Shown here in pieces: positions 44,018 through 53,419 of a stretch of DNA of 64,000 bases. Origin of the DNA: Sandaracinaceae bacterium (lineage in GTDB: Bacteria; Myxococcota_A; Polyangia; Polyangiales; Houyiibacteriaceae); the NCBI GenBank assembly GCA_016706685.1, contig JADJJE010000001.1, positions 129,575 to 193,574 on the forward strand, read 5' to 3'. Within the stretch, counting starts at the first letter, position 1, and each line of letters begins with the position of its first letter. A program made the position numbers and the translations under genes. The notes under the pieces were generated by a model. The model did no database searches, was not told where the DNA came from, and saw nothing but the letters and a program-made list of their open reading frames with translations.

Positions 44018-45148
44018 ATGAATCGGGGAACCCATCTTGCAGCGCTCGCCTTCTCTCTCTTGGTCGCCGGCTGCGGTGGTGGTGACGAACCGCTGTGCAC
44101 ACCGGGCGCGTCCGTGGCGTGCGTGGGCACCGGAGGGTGCGCCGGAGGCCAGGTCTGCAACGCGGATGGGACCGGCTTCGGCGCGTGCTCGTGCGGTCCC
44201 GGACCCGACGGTGGCACGAACGACAGCGGGATGAACGACAGCGGCACCACCGACCATGGCACCAACGAAGACGCGGCCGTCGGGCCCTGCGACCTGGTCG
44301 CACAGTCCGGCTGCGGGAACGGCCAGCGCTGCACCTGGGTGCGCGACGACCTCGGGGGCGGTGGTGCAGAGTGCGCGAGCGCTGGCACGATTCCGGCTCT
44401 CGGCGAGTGTGTCGCATCGGAATCCGGCGAGGTGGACGACTGCGTCGCAGGCCACGCCTGCGTCGCAGGCCTGTGTCACCGCCTCTGCTCGACGGTCGCT
44501 GGCTGCGGCGCGAACTTCGCCTGCACCACCTACGCGGACTTCGTCGACGATGGAACGACCGGGGTGTGCTCGCCGCTCTGTGACCCCGTGAGTCAGACGC
44601 GGCTGAGCGATGACGCGCCCGCGTGTGGATCGTCCAACGTGAGCTCCCCCACGATCGGGTGCTACGGGCCCTTCTCTGGCCCGTTCACCTGCAACCGCAT
44701 GGCCGACGGCGCCGGCGCGCTCACCCACGGGACGACTCCCCTTGGGCCGCCCAGCGGCGGGGCGTTCCGGAATGGATGCGCTCCCGGCTACTTGGCCGTC
44801 CCCACGGCCAATGGCTTGCGCTGCCGCGCGTTCTGCACACCGGCAGAGACCACCATGGGCAACGACGCCCAGCGGCAGGGCGTGGCCCCCCACACGTGCT
44901 CTGCACGCGGCGCGACCGCGGCGACAGAAGAGTGTCGCTTCGCGCCGTTCCTCTTGGGGAACCCAACCCCAGCGACGCCGGGTGTCGGCCTCTGCATCGA
45001 CCCCACGCAGCACTCGTACGACCACGACGCGAACCCGCAGACCGGCTCCGTTGCATGGCCGAGCTGCTCGACGCTGACCTCCAGCGACGGTGACGGCAAC
45101 CAGGTCTCCGACCACATCGACTGGGGCTGCGGACAGCTCATCCCGTGA
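44018..45148 (+). CDS. cysteine-rich lipoprotein, unknown function
   Basis: MNRGTHLAALAFSLLVAGC lipobox, a Gly/Asn/Asp/Thr linker, and about 30 Cys in the mature part. Confidence 0.65.
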   Translation: MNRGTHLAALAFSLLVAGCGGGDEPLCTPGASVACVGTGGCAGGQVCNADGTGFGACSCGPGPDGGTNDSGMNDSGTTDHGTNEDAAVGPCDLVAQSGCGNGQRCTWVRDDLGGGGAECASAGTIPALGECVASESGEVDDCVAGHACVAGLCHRLCSTVAGCGANFACTTYADFVDDGTTGVCSPLCDPVSQTRLSDDAPACGSSNVSSPTIGCYGPFSGPFTCNRMADGAGALTHGTTPLGPPSGGAFRNGCAPGYLAVPTANGLRCRAFCTPAETTMGNDAQRQGVAPHTCSARGATAATEECRFAPFLLGNPTPATPGVGLCIDPTQHSYDHDANPQTGSVAWPSCSTLTSSDGDGNQVSDHIDWGCGQLIP

Positions 45149-45246
45149 CGCTCCGCGAGCGCCCTGGCACGCCTGAAGGGTCCCGCTTTCGACTTCCGCG
45201 GTGCCCTTCCGAGTCTTGATCTCGGCGTCCCGGCGGCGGCGCCGAG

Positions 45247-45978
45247 TCACCGGTGCTGGAGCCGCGCGATGGTCTTCTCGGAGCGGAGTTCACGGAGCGC
45301 GTCGGACGCCACCCAGCGAGCAGCGCGCGCTCCGCGGTCGCCACCGCGCTCTCCTCCCGCGCGCTCGTTCGCCTCGGCGAGAATGGTCTCTGCGCACTCG
45401 GTGGCCGCCACATGGAGGGCGAGATTGCGCTTGCCGATGTTACGCAGCGCCCAGTTGACGGCCTTCTTGACGAAGTTGCGATCGTCCCAGGCGCCGCGTT
45501 GGATGAGCGGGAGCAGCTTCAAGAACGCCGCGTCGCTCGTGGCCTCGTCGTGGACGGCGAGACCCGCCATCAGGGCGAAGCCACCGCGCTTCACCCACTC
45601 GGCATCTCGCACCGCCCACTCGTGGGCCTTGGGCCAGGCGTGCTTGGTCCGATCGAAGAGGCTCGTGGTGGCCTGATCGCAGATGTCCCACGAATCGAAG
45701 TCGCCCGCCCACAGCTCAACTTGCTCGGCGGTGACTGCGGCCGGATCATCCACGAAGCAGGCCAGCAGTCGAGCCTCGTGGTTGCCAGTCGCCCAGAGTC
45801 CGCGGGCCAGATCGTGGTCCTTGCCGAGGCGCTTGGCGACCTTTCGCAGCTCACGGACCGACACACCGAAAGCGTTGTCCACGTTGATGCCGTAGCGGGC
45901 CATGCCGGCGCGGTCTTCTTCGCTACCGAGGGAACGCAGCTCGGCGAGGAGGGCCTCTATCCGCTTCTTGGTGCTCAT
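45247..45978 (-). CDS. DNA alkylation repair protein (AlkD-like HEAT-repeat family)
   Basis: GVSVRELRKVAKRLGKDHDLARGLWATGNHEARLLA..., WDICDQ, WVKRGGFALM and NFVKKAVNWALRNIGKRN match the DNA_alkylation family pattern. Start at MSTKKRIEAL (45978). Confidence 0.7.
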   Translation of the reverse strand: MSTKKRIEALLAELRSLGSEEDRAGMARYGINVDNAFGVSVRELRKVAKRLGKDHDLARGLWATGNHEARLLACFVDDPAAVTAEQVELWAGDFDSWDICDQATTSLFDRTKHAWPKAHEWAVRDAEWVKRGGFALMAGLAVHDEATSDAAFLKLLPLIQRGAWDDRNFVKKAVNWALRNIGKRNLALHVAATECAETILAEANERAGGERGGDRGARAARWVASDALRELRSEKTIARLQHR

Positions 45979-46104
45979 GCTCGATCCGAGCCGCCTGTGC
46001 CGCCGGAGCCCAGGGCGTGGATGCCAGCCTAGCAGGGTGCCCTCGAGCTCGCTCCCGGCCACGTCCGCTTGCCAGAGCCGCCCTTCCCCGCGTACGGTGC
46101 CCGT

Positions 46105-47049
46105 GTGTCACTGCTTCAACTTGAGAACGTCGAGAAGCGCTACGGCGAGCTGCGCGCCCTGAAGGGCCTGAACCTCACGCTGGAGCCCGGCCGCATCGGC
46201 TTGTTGGGCCCCAACGGCGCGGGCAAGAGCACGTTCCTGAAGACCCTGCTGGGGTTGCTGCAGCCGTCGCACGGCTCGGTCCGCGTTCTCGGCATGGACC
46301 CGTCGCGTGAAGAGCTGAAGCTGCGCGCCCTGATTGGCTACATGCCCGAGGGCGACGCCGTGTTCCCCGAGATGAACGCGCTGCACTACACGGTGCTGGC
46401 CGGTGAGCTGTGCGGGCTGCCGCACGCCGAAGCCACCGGGCGTGCGCACCAGATCCTGCACTACGTGGGCCTGGGCGAGGCGCGCTACCGTCCGTTGGGC
46501 TCGTTCTCCACCGGCATGAAGCAGCGCGCGCGCTTGGCGCAGGCGCTGGTGGGTGACCCCAAGCTGCTGCTGCTGGACGAGCCCACCAGCGGCCTCGACC
46601 CGCGCGGCCGCGACGAGATGCTGGCGCTCATCCTGGACATCCCGCAGCGCACGGGCGCGAGCGTCATCCTGTCCACGCACATCCTCCCCGACGTGGAGAA
46701 GACCTGCGATCAGGTGGTGGTCATGTCGCAGGGCGAGGTGCTGTTCGCGGGCGAGCTGGCCGAGCTGCTGCGCACGGACCACAGCGTGTACGAGGTGCGC
46801 GTGAAGGGCGACCCCGACGTGGTGCGCCGCGCGCTCGAGATGGAGCGCTGCGTGGTGCAACGAGACGGCGCGGCCCTGCGCGTGCGGCTGCCCGAGGGCG
46901 TGGGCACGGACGCCATCCTGCGCGCCGCGCGCGAGGCCAAGCAGCCGGTGCGGCACATGGCGCCCTTCAAGATGACCCTCGAGCGCGCGTTCCTCGAGAC
47001 GCTGGCCAAGCGCGAAGACGCCGACGCAGACGCCGCCGCGGCCGAGTGA
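46105..47049 (+). CDS. ABC transporter ATP-binding protein
   Basis: Walker A GPNGAGKST, Q-loop, signature FSTGMKQR, Walker B LLLLDEPTSGLD, and H-loop STHIL. GTG start at 46105 (VSLLQLENVEKRYG). The ORF opens at 46069. Confidence 0.85.
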   Translation: MSLLQLENVEKRYGELRALKGLNLTLEPGRIGLLGPNGAGKSTFLKTLLGLLQPSHGSVRVLGMDPSREELKLRALIGYMPEGDAVFPEMNALHYTVLAGELCGLPHAEATGRAHQILHYVGLGEARYRPLGSFSTGMKQRARLAQALVGDPKLLLLDEPTSGLDPRGRDEMLALILDIPQRTGASVILSTHILPDVEKTCDQVVVMSQGEVLFAGELAELLRTDHSVYEVRVKGDPDVVRRALEMERCVVQRDGAALRVRLPEGVGTDAILRAAREAKQPVRHMAPFKMTLERAFLETLAKREDADADAAAAE

Positions 47050-47053
47050 CGCG

Positions 47054-47659
47054 GTGAGCGTCCTCTTCTGCCCGTTTTGTGAAGAGTCCTTCGAGGGCCT
47101 CACGCAGTGCCCCGAGCACGAGCTCGAGCTCGTGGCCTTCGACAAGCTGAAGAGCCGGCTCGACGAAGACGCGCAGCGCGAGCGCACCTCCGACGAGAAG
47201 CCCATCGACGCCCTGCACCCCGGCTACATGCGCGGCCCGGTGGCGCTCGGCGCGGTGACCACGGCCGTGGGCTTCTTCCTGCCGTTCATCGAGTTCCAGC
47301 TCGGCGACCAGCTGGCCACCGCGTCGGCCTACTCGTTCGCGCTCGAGCGCGCGCTCAACCTGTGGACGCCGCTGGGCGTGGCCATCGCCCAGCTGGCCGT
47401 GCTGGCCACGCGCCGCACGCCGAGCGCCATGCAGAGCGCGCGGCTCACCATTCCGCTGCTCTCGTGCGTGGGGGGCGCGTCCATCGCCTACACAGCCCAG
47501 CGGGTGTTCGCGCAGGTGGACGCGCAGGGCAGCGCGGGCCACGCGGCCTCGGCCCAGCTGCTGGTGGGCGCCTTCATGATGATCGCGGGGCTCGCGTTCA
47601 GCGGCGTCAGCGGGCTGCGCTTCGGTTCCCCCGGGCGCGACAGCGCGGACACCGAGTAG
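47054..47659 (+). CDS. membrane protein with an N-terminal zinc ribbon
   Basis: CPFC...CPEH motif, then about 4 predicted TM helices. GTG start 4 nt after the ABC ATPase stop. Confidence 0.55.
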   Translation: MSVLFCPFCEESFEGLTQCPEHELELVAFDKLKSRLDEDAQRERTSDEKPIDALHPGYMRGPVALGAVTTAVGFFLPFIEFQLGDQLATASAYSFALERALNLWTPLGVAIAQLAVLATRRTPSAMQSARLTIPLLSCVGGASIAYTAQRVFAQVDAQGSAGHAASAQLLVGAFMMIAGLAFSGVSGLRFGSPGRDSADTE

Positions 47660-47674
47660 CTCGGGCGTCGGGCC

Positions 47675-48250
47675 TCAGGAAACCAGGTTGGTGCGGTCTT
47701 CCCCGCGCGGCCCCGTCACGGCGTGGCTCAGCGCGATGACCTCCACCAGCAGCGCGCGGTACACGTGGTCCAGCTCCTCCAGCTCCACGTCGCCCTCGGC
47801 CTGCTCGATGGCCTCCTCGACGTGGTGCTGCACGAACTCCAGCACCGCGGGCTGCCCCATCGCCACCACGTCGTCGCTGTCCAGCGCCTCGGTGGGGTCG
47901 TTGGCGCGCAGCTCCTCGTCCACGCTCAGGGTCTCGAGCGCCAGCTGCAGCGAGCGCTCGTCCACCTCTTCGAGCCGCGTGGGGAAGGCCTCGCGAAACG
48001 CCATGTACACGGTGATGACCAGGAAGTAGCCCAGCGACTGCACCAGCTCGTCGTGGCCATCGGCCAGCTGCTCGGCCAGCCAATCGCTCAGCGCGGGCTG
48101 CCGGCGGTCGAGCTCCGCGTAGCCGCGGTCCAGCACGCCCTGCAGGTCGTCCTCGTGCGCATCGAGCTGCGCCTCCACCAGCTGGACGAAGTGCTCGTCT
48201 ACCACAGCGTGGCGCGGCACGGGCCGGAGGGCCGCTTTCCGAAGGAACAT
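47675..48250 (-). CDS. acidic hypothetical protein
   Basis: 191-aa ORF with coding-like composition (Asp/Glu/Leu-rich helical). No recognisable motif. Confidence 0.5.
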   Translation of the reverse strand: MFLRKAALRPVPRHAVVDEHFVQLVEAQLDAHEDDLQGVLDRGYAELDRRQPALSDWLAEQLADGHDELVQSLGYFLVITVYMAFREAFPTRLEEVDERSLQLALETLSVDEELRANDPTEALDSDDVVAMGQPAVLEFVQHHVEEAIEQAEGDVELEELDHVYRALLVEVIALSHAVTGPRGEDRTNLVS

Positions 48251-48351
48251 CTCGGCGATCTAGCAGGCCGGGCCCCCTTGACCACCAGACGCCGGGGCGG
48301 GTCGGACGAGGCCTTGCTATGGTCCCCCTCATGCAGCAACCGCACCCGCCA

Positions 48352-49563
48352 ATGGCCAGACTGCGCAGTGCGCGCGTGGGGGCGGCCGCCGCGCTCCTCT
48401 GTCTCCTGTTCCCCGGGTGCGCCGCCGACGGCCCGCCCGAGCCGTGGTTCGCCACATGGTCGAGCAGCATGGCCGAGGACGCACCCGGCCTGCAGGACCA
48501 GACCCTTCGACAGGTCGTTCGCATCAGCGCGGGCGGCGCTCAGGTGCGTGTGCGGCTCTCCCATGTGTTCGGCACCGAGGCCACGCGGGTCGGCGCCGCC
48601 AGCGTCGGCATCGCGCAAGAGGGCGCGGACATCGAGCCCGGCACGCTCCGCATGCTGACGTTCGGAGGGAGCCCCTCGGTCGTGCTCGAACCGGGTGAAG
48701 AGCTCGCGAGCGATCCCGTCGAGCTCTCCGTGCCTGCGGGCGCGGACCTCGCGGTGAGCCTCTACCTCGAAGCCGACTCGGGTGACGCCACGAGGCACCG
48801 CGCCGCGCAGCAGACGGCGTATATCGGAGACGGGGATCAAACGGCCGCCGACACGTTCGTGGTGGGGTCGACGAGCCGCTCGGCCGACTGGCTTACGGGC
48901 GTGGACGTGTTCGCGCCCGAGACGGAGCTCGTGATCGTCGCGTTCGGTGACTCCATCACGGAGGGGAGCGGGTCCACGACCGACCTCCACACCCGCTACC
49001 CGGACGTCCTCGCGCGGGAGCTCGCGGCGCGCGGCGTCGCCGGGGCGGTGGCCAACGCCGGCATCGGCGGCAACCGGCTGCTCAACGACGGCTTCTCCAC
49101 CTTCGGGGCTGGGCCGAGCGGGCTGAGCCGCTTCGACCGTGACGTGCTCGCGCAGCCGCGGGTCACGCACGTGCTGCTGCTGGAAGGCGTGAACGACATC
49201 GGCATGGGCGGCACCCTCGGCCCCGTCGTCACCGCCGAGGAGATCATCGCCGGGTACGAGACCCTCATCCGCAGGGCGCACAGGCGCGACGTGCGCGTGG
49301 TCATCGGCACCATCCTGCCCTTCCGCGGTGCCGTCTTTCCGCGCTATTGGACCGCCGCCAACGAGGCCAAGCGGCAGGAGGTCAACGCCTGGATCCGGAC
49401 CACCAACGCGCACGACGGCTTCGTCGACTTCGACGCAGCCCTGCTCGACCCCGACGACCCCGAGCAGATGCTGCTGGAGCTGCACAGCGGCGACTTCCTC
49501 CACCCGAGCGACGCGGGCTACCAACTCATGGGCGAAGCGGCAGCGGACGTGTTCGCGCCGTAG
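48352..49563 (+). CDS. SGNH/GDSL-family hydrolase lipoprotein
   Basis: MARLRSARVGAAAALLCLLFPGC lipobox. Block I FGDSITEG, block III GVNDIG, block V DFLHPS. The ORF opens at 48319. Confidence 0.8.
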   Translation: MARLRSARVGAAAALLCLLFPGCAADGPPEPWFATWSSSMAEDAPGLQDQTLRQVVRISAGGAQVRVRLSHVFGTEATRVGAASVGIAQEGADIEPGTLRMLTFGGSPSVVLEPGEELASDPVELSVPAGADLAVSLYLEADSGDATRHRAAQQTAYIGDGDQTAADTFVVGSTSRSADWLTGVDVFAPETELVIVAFGDSITEGSGSTTDLHTRYPDVLARELAARGVAGAVANAGIGGNRLLNDGFSTFGAGPSGLSRFDRDVLAQPRVTHVLLLEGVNDIGMGGTLGPVVTAEEIIAGYETLIRRAHRRDVRVVIGTILPFRGAVFPRYWTAANEAKRQEVNAWIRTTNAHDGFVDFDAALLDPDDPEQMLLELHSGDFLHPSDAGYQLMGEAAADVFAP

Positions 49564-49643
49564 GCAGGCGCGCCTTCGGTCGGTGACTCATCGACACGCG
49601 GTCAGCGTGGCGCGCGCTCCGCCACCTGGTACCTTGGGCGCTG

Positions 49644-50363
49644 ATGTCCGACGACGCGTCCACGGAAGAGGAGCCCCGCCCTGCCCCTCTCGAGGCGCCC
49701 CCGGACGAGCTGACCGCGCATCCCCCCGCCTCGCAGCGCGAGCGCCGCCTGGCCGTGGTGCTGGTCACGCTCACCACGCTGGTGGGCGGTGTGGGCACGG
49801 CCCTCTCGCCGTACCTGCTGGTGCACCACCCCGCGTGGCTGGTCGCGCTCAGCCCCGACATGCGCCACATCGTGCTCAGCGCCACGTCGCTGGACCTCGA
49901 GACCATGCTGCTCATCTGCGTGCCGCGACGCGTCTTCGGTATGTACACCGCGTGGGCCCTGGGCGCGGCGTACGGCGCGGCGGCGCTCGGCTTCATCGAG
50001 GGGCGCTACCCCCGGGTGCTGCGGGCCGTGCGCTTCATCGAGCGCGTCTTCGTGCGCACCGGCCCGCTGCTGCTGGTGGTCTGGCCGTCGTACACGCTCA
50101 GCTCCATCGCGGGCGTGGTGCGCACGCCGTTCTGGCGCTTCCTGCTAGCCACCTGCTTCGGGCAGCTGTTCTACGTGCTGGCCAGCTACTACTTCGGCAA
50201 CGAGATCTCCGAGCTCACCGACGCGTTCCTGATCTGGCTACGCGCGCACGTGCTCGAGACCACGGCGGTGTGTGTCGCGGCCGTGGCCCTGCAAGTGGTG
50301 CTGCGCATGCGGCGGAACGCGAAGAAGCGCGCCGCGGCGGTGCGCACCTCGGAGGTGGGGTAG
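49644..50363 (+). CDS. DedA/VTT (SNARE-associated) family membrane protein
   Basis: Acidic N-terminus followed by several TM helices and a DedA-like central region (CVPRRVFGMYTAWALGAAYG..., FWRFLLATCFGQLFYVLASYYFG). Confidence 0.55.
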   Translation: MSDDASTEEEPRPAPLEAPPDELTAHPPASQRERRLAVVLVTLTTLVGGVGTALSPYLLVHHPAWLVALSPDMRHIVLSATSLDLETMLLICVPRRVFGMYTAWALGAAYGAAALGFIEGRYPRVLRAVRFIERVFVRTGPLLLVVWPSYTLSSIAGVVRTPFWRFLLATCFGQLFYVLASYYFGNEISELTDAFLIWLRAHVLETTAVCVAAVALQVVLRMRRNAKKRAAAVRTSEVG

Positions 50364-50369
50364 GTTCGC

Positions 50370-50597
50370 ATGGCCATGGACGAGACCGAAGAGCGAGCCC
50401 GAGTACGCGCGGCCGTGGACGAGGCCAGCGAAGAAGTGGGCCTCGCCACGTGGTACCGGAGCAGCGTCATGCCGCTGATGAAACTTCCCGAGTCGCAGTT
50501 TCCAGAGTGCTGCGGAGGCGGATGCGAGCCCTGCGCCTCCACACTGACCGAGGTGGCCGTCCGAGCGCGCCGGAAGCTGGCTGGCCGCACGACCTGA
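50370..50597 (+). CDS. small oxidoreductase-like-domain protein (CCxxGCxxC)
   Basis: PESQFPECCGGGCEPCAS matches the Oxidored-like N-terminal domain motif. GGAGGTGGGG lies upstream of the ATG. Confidence 0.55.
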   Translation: MAMDETEERARVRAAVDEASEEVGLATWYRSSVMPLMKLPESQFPECCGGGCEPCASTLTEVAVRARRKLAGRTT

Positions 50598-50661
50598 CCG
50601 GCCCAATGAAAAAGCGGCCCCGAAGGACCGCTCTCTCGAACTCACCCAGCGTCGCGTCGAC

Positions 50662-52455
50662 TCAGCCGACGACCTGGCGCTTGGGCTTCGGGGCAGCCTT
50701 CTGCGCGCCGGGGGGCGCCCAGCGGCGCACGCGCACCTGCGGGTCCCGGTTGTCGGGCTTGCTGGCGCTGCGCTCGAAGTGGTCGGCCACGGCGGCGTGA
50801 ACGTCCACGGCGCTGCTGCGCTGCTGGACCCGGATCTCGCCGATGTCCTGGCTGGTCACGTCGCCCTTGCGGCACAGGATGGCGAGCAGGCGGCGCACGT
50901 CGGCGCCCTTCTCTTCACCCCAGCTCACCTGGAACGTCACGAAGGCCTGGCCCTGGGCGCCCTGCCCTGTGGGCCGCTCGGTGCGCGGACGAGCAGGCGC
51001 CGACGGCGCGCTCACGCTGCTGACGGCCCGCTCACGAGCGGGGGCCGGGGCGCGATCCCGCATGGAGACACTGGCCACGGTGGGCCGCTGCGCGTTCGGG
51101 TCACGGTAGGGCTGCACGTCACGCGGCGCGCACGGCCCCGCGAAGTCCATGCGGGTGAGCAGCGCGGCCACCACGTCACGCGGCTCGCGCCCGTCCAGGA
51201 GCAGCTCGGCCAGGCGCTTGCGGCTGCTCAGCGTGGCGTCCTTCGCACCGCTCTGGTCGCGCTCGATGCTCTCGGCCACGGAGGCGAAGAGCCGGTTCTG
51301 CGCGGCGGCCAGCACGTCTTCGGCGGTGGGCACGTCCTGGAAGCGCGCCTTCACGCGCGCCGAGCGGAAGAGCATCTCGGCCCGAGCACGCGCGCGCGGC
51401 GGCACGAAGAGCACGTTGCGACCCTGACGACCAGCGCGGCCGGTGCGCCCGCTGCGGTGCGTGTAGATGTCGGCGTTGGTGGGCGGGTCCACCTGGATGA
51501 CCTGCGCGATGTCCTGCACGTCGAGGCCGCGCGCAGCCACGTCGGTGGCCACCAGCAGCTTGCACGAGCCGCTGCGGAAGAGGTCGAAGGTGCCGGTGCG
51601 CTCGCGCTGCGTCATGTCGCCATGCAGCGCGCGGGCCGGGAAGCCGTTGTCGCACAGCGCGCCCGCCAGGCCCTCGGTGTCGGCGCGCGTGCGCACGAAG
51701 ATGAGCGTCTTGTCGTCTGGCGCGGCCAGCAGCGTGTTGATGATGGCGTCGAGCGCGCGGCCCGGCTGTACCCACATGCCGATGTGGTCGATGTCCGTGT
51801 TGGCGCTGCCGAGGCTGGTGCCCTCGATCACCAGCGGGTCACGCTGCAGGCGCGCCGCCAGGCGCTGCACGGCGGGCGGGAACGTGGCCGACACCAAGTG
51901 CGTGGTGCGCTCGGCGGGCGCGTGGCCGAGGATGGCGTGAAGCTCCTCCTCGAAGTCCATGTCCAGCATCTGGTCGGCTTCGTCCAGCACCACGGCGCTC
52001 ATGTTGGCGAGCGACAGGCCGCCATGGCGCAAGTGATCCAGCAGGCGGCCGGGCGTGCCCACCACCACGGCCGGCTCACCCGAGAGGCCACGGCGCTCCT
52101 CGAGCGGGTTGGTGCCGCCGGTCACGGCCACGACGCGCGCGTTCAGCGGCTCGTACAGCCAGGTGAGCTCGCGGCCCAGCTGCTGCGCCAGCTCACGCGT
52201 GGGCGCAATCACCAGCACGCAGGGAGAGGCCGAGCGGCCACCCGTGCGCTGATGAGCGGCCACCTGAGCGGCGACGGCGAGGCCGATGGCCACCGTCTTG
52301 CCCGAGCCGGTCTGAGAGGAGACACGCAGGTCGCGCCCGAGGGCGTCGGCGGCCACCACGGCAGCCTGCACGGAGGTCAGCGCCTCGAAGCCTTGCGCAC
52401 GGAGAGTTTCGCCGAGCCCCATGGGGGCGGCGGAGAGGTCATTTTCTAGGGTCAT
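50662..52455 (-). CDS. DEAD-box ATP-dependent RNA helicase with a DbpA-type C-terminal RNA-binding domain
   Basis: Q-motif region, SQTGSGKT (motif I), PTRELA, VLDEADQMLD (DEAD), SAT, and HRSGRTGRAG (motif VI). The C-terminal part is FQVSWGEEKGADVRRLLAILCRKGDVTSQDIGEIRV. Confidence 0.9.
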   Translation of the reverse strand: MTLENDLSAAPMGLGETLRAQGFEALTSVQAAVVAADALGRDLRVSSQTGSGKTVAIGLAVAAQVAAHQRTGGRSASPCVLVIAPTRELAQQLGRELTWLYEPLNARVVAVTGGTNPLEERRGLSGEPAVVVGTPGRLLDHLRHGGLSLANMSAVVLDEADQMLDMDFEEELHAILGHAPAERTTHLVSATFPPAVQRLAARLQRDPLVIEGTSLGSANTDIDHIGMWVQPGRALDAIINTLLAAPDDKTLIFVRTRADTEGLAGALCDNGFPARALHGDMTQRERTGTFDLFRSGSCKLLVATDVAARGLDVQDIAQVIQVDPPTNADIYTHRSGRTGRAGRQGRNVLFVPPRARARAEMLFRSARVKARFQDVPTAEDVLAAAQNRLFASVAESIERDQSGAKDATLSSRKRLAELLLDGREPRDVVAALLTRMDFAGPCAPRDVQPYRDPNAQRPTVASVSMRDRAPAPARERAVSSVSAPSAPARPRTERPTGQGAQGQAFVTFQVSWGEEKGADVRRLLAILCRKGDVTSQDIGEIRVQQRSSAVDVHAAVADHFERSASKPDNRDPQVRVRRWAPPGAQKAAPKPKRQVVG

Positions 52456-52636
52456 TTTCCGGATCTCGTGGGCGCCATGTCGCAGGCAACCAAACGGCAG
52501 GCAGCCAACGAGAACGGCGAATGGGGGGCCGAGGTACGTCACAGCCAGAGGGCGTATGCGACGGGGGTCGGCGCTTTAGGCGCACCGACGCTCGGTCCGG
52601 CTATATGAGGGCAAACTGGCTCGGCGTCCAGTCCGC

Positions 52637-53314
52637 GTGTCTGTTAGGGTGCGCGCCGTGCCCATCGTCTTCACCCTCTCGGCCGGCGAACACCTACCCC
52701 AGCTGACGGAAACCTTCCGGCGCGACGCCGCAGGAATGTCCCTCGATGCGCTGCGCGCGCACGTGCTGCGCATGGGCCACCACTTCATCGACGCGTCCGT
52801 TCAGGGCTTGGTCTTGGGGCTCATCACGGACGGTGTGGGCGTCAGCTCCTTCACCGAGTCGCTCATGCGGGGCCTCGCCTCGCTGGTGGAGTCGGTGGGC
52901 AGCAAGCTGGTGGATCAGGTGCTCAAGAAAGCACCGCAAGCCGTGCTCATGGATGCGGGCCATTTCTTCGCTTCGCGCGTCACGCGGCTCCCCGGGCTCG
53001 AGCACCCCGTGATCGCCGTCCCCATGACGCCCGACAACGAGGCCGCCATCGATCTGGCCATCCAGACCGTGGAGCGAGAGCCGCTGGTGCGCGCGATGGA
53101 CGGCGTGGTCGATGACAGCCTGGATTACCTGTTCGACGCCGCCTTCGCGGTCATCCCCGTGGGGCCGCTGATGCGTCGCGCGGTGGACGCTGGAGGGAGC
53201 GCAATCCGCTCGGGCGGCAAGAGCTCGTCGGCGCGGGCGATCCGCAAGGCCAGCGATGGCGAGCTAAAGGACCTGGCCGCGTTCCTGGTCCGCAGGCGCC
53301 AAGAAGCCCCGTAA
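52637..53314 (+). CDS. hypothetical protein
   Basis: 225-aa ORF with coding-like composition and a non-ATG start. No recognisable motif. Confidence 0.45.
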   Translation: MSVRVRAVPIVFTLSAGEHLPQLTETFRRDAAGMSLDALRAHVLRMGHHFIDASVQGLVLGLITDGVGVSSFTESLMRGLASLVESVGSKLVDQVLKKAPQAVLMDAGHFFASRVTRLPGLEHPVIAVPMTPDNEAAIDLAIQTVEREPLVRAMDGVVDDSLDYLFDAAFAVIPVGPLMRRAVDAGGSAIRSGGKSSSARAIRKASDGELKDLAAFLVRRRQEAP

Positions 53315-53345
53315 TTCCGGGCTTGTCACCCCCGCACAAACTATT

Positions 53346-53390
53346 TGTCACTGCGTGACAGGGGTCGTCGTTTTCGTGTCCAAGTGGACA
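53346..53390. promoter_or_regulatory. two operator-like palindromes upstream of the FadL-like operon
   Basis: TGTCAC-tgc-GTGACA (53346-53360) and TGTCCA-ag-TGGACA (53377-53390), both with perfect 6-bp arms. They sit in a locally AT-richer stretch 30-75 bp upstream of ATG 53420. An extra TTGTCAC is at 53323. Confidence 0.35.
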
Positions 53391-53419
53391 TGACATCATG
53401 TTAGCGTCCCGCCACGCAC

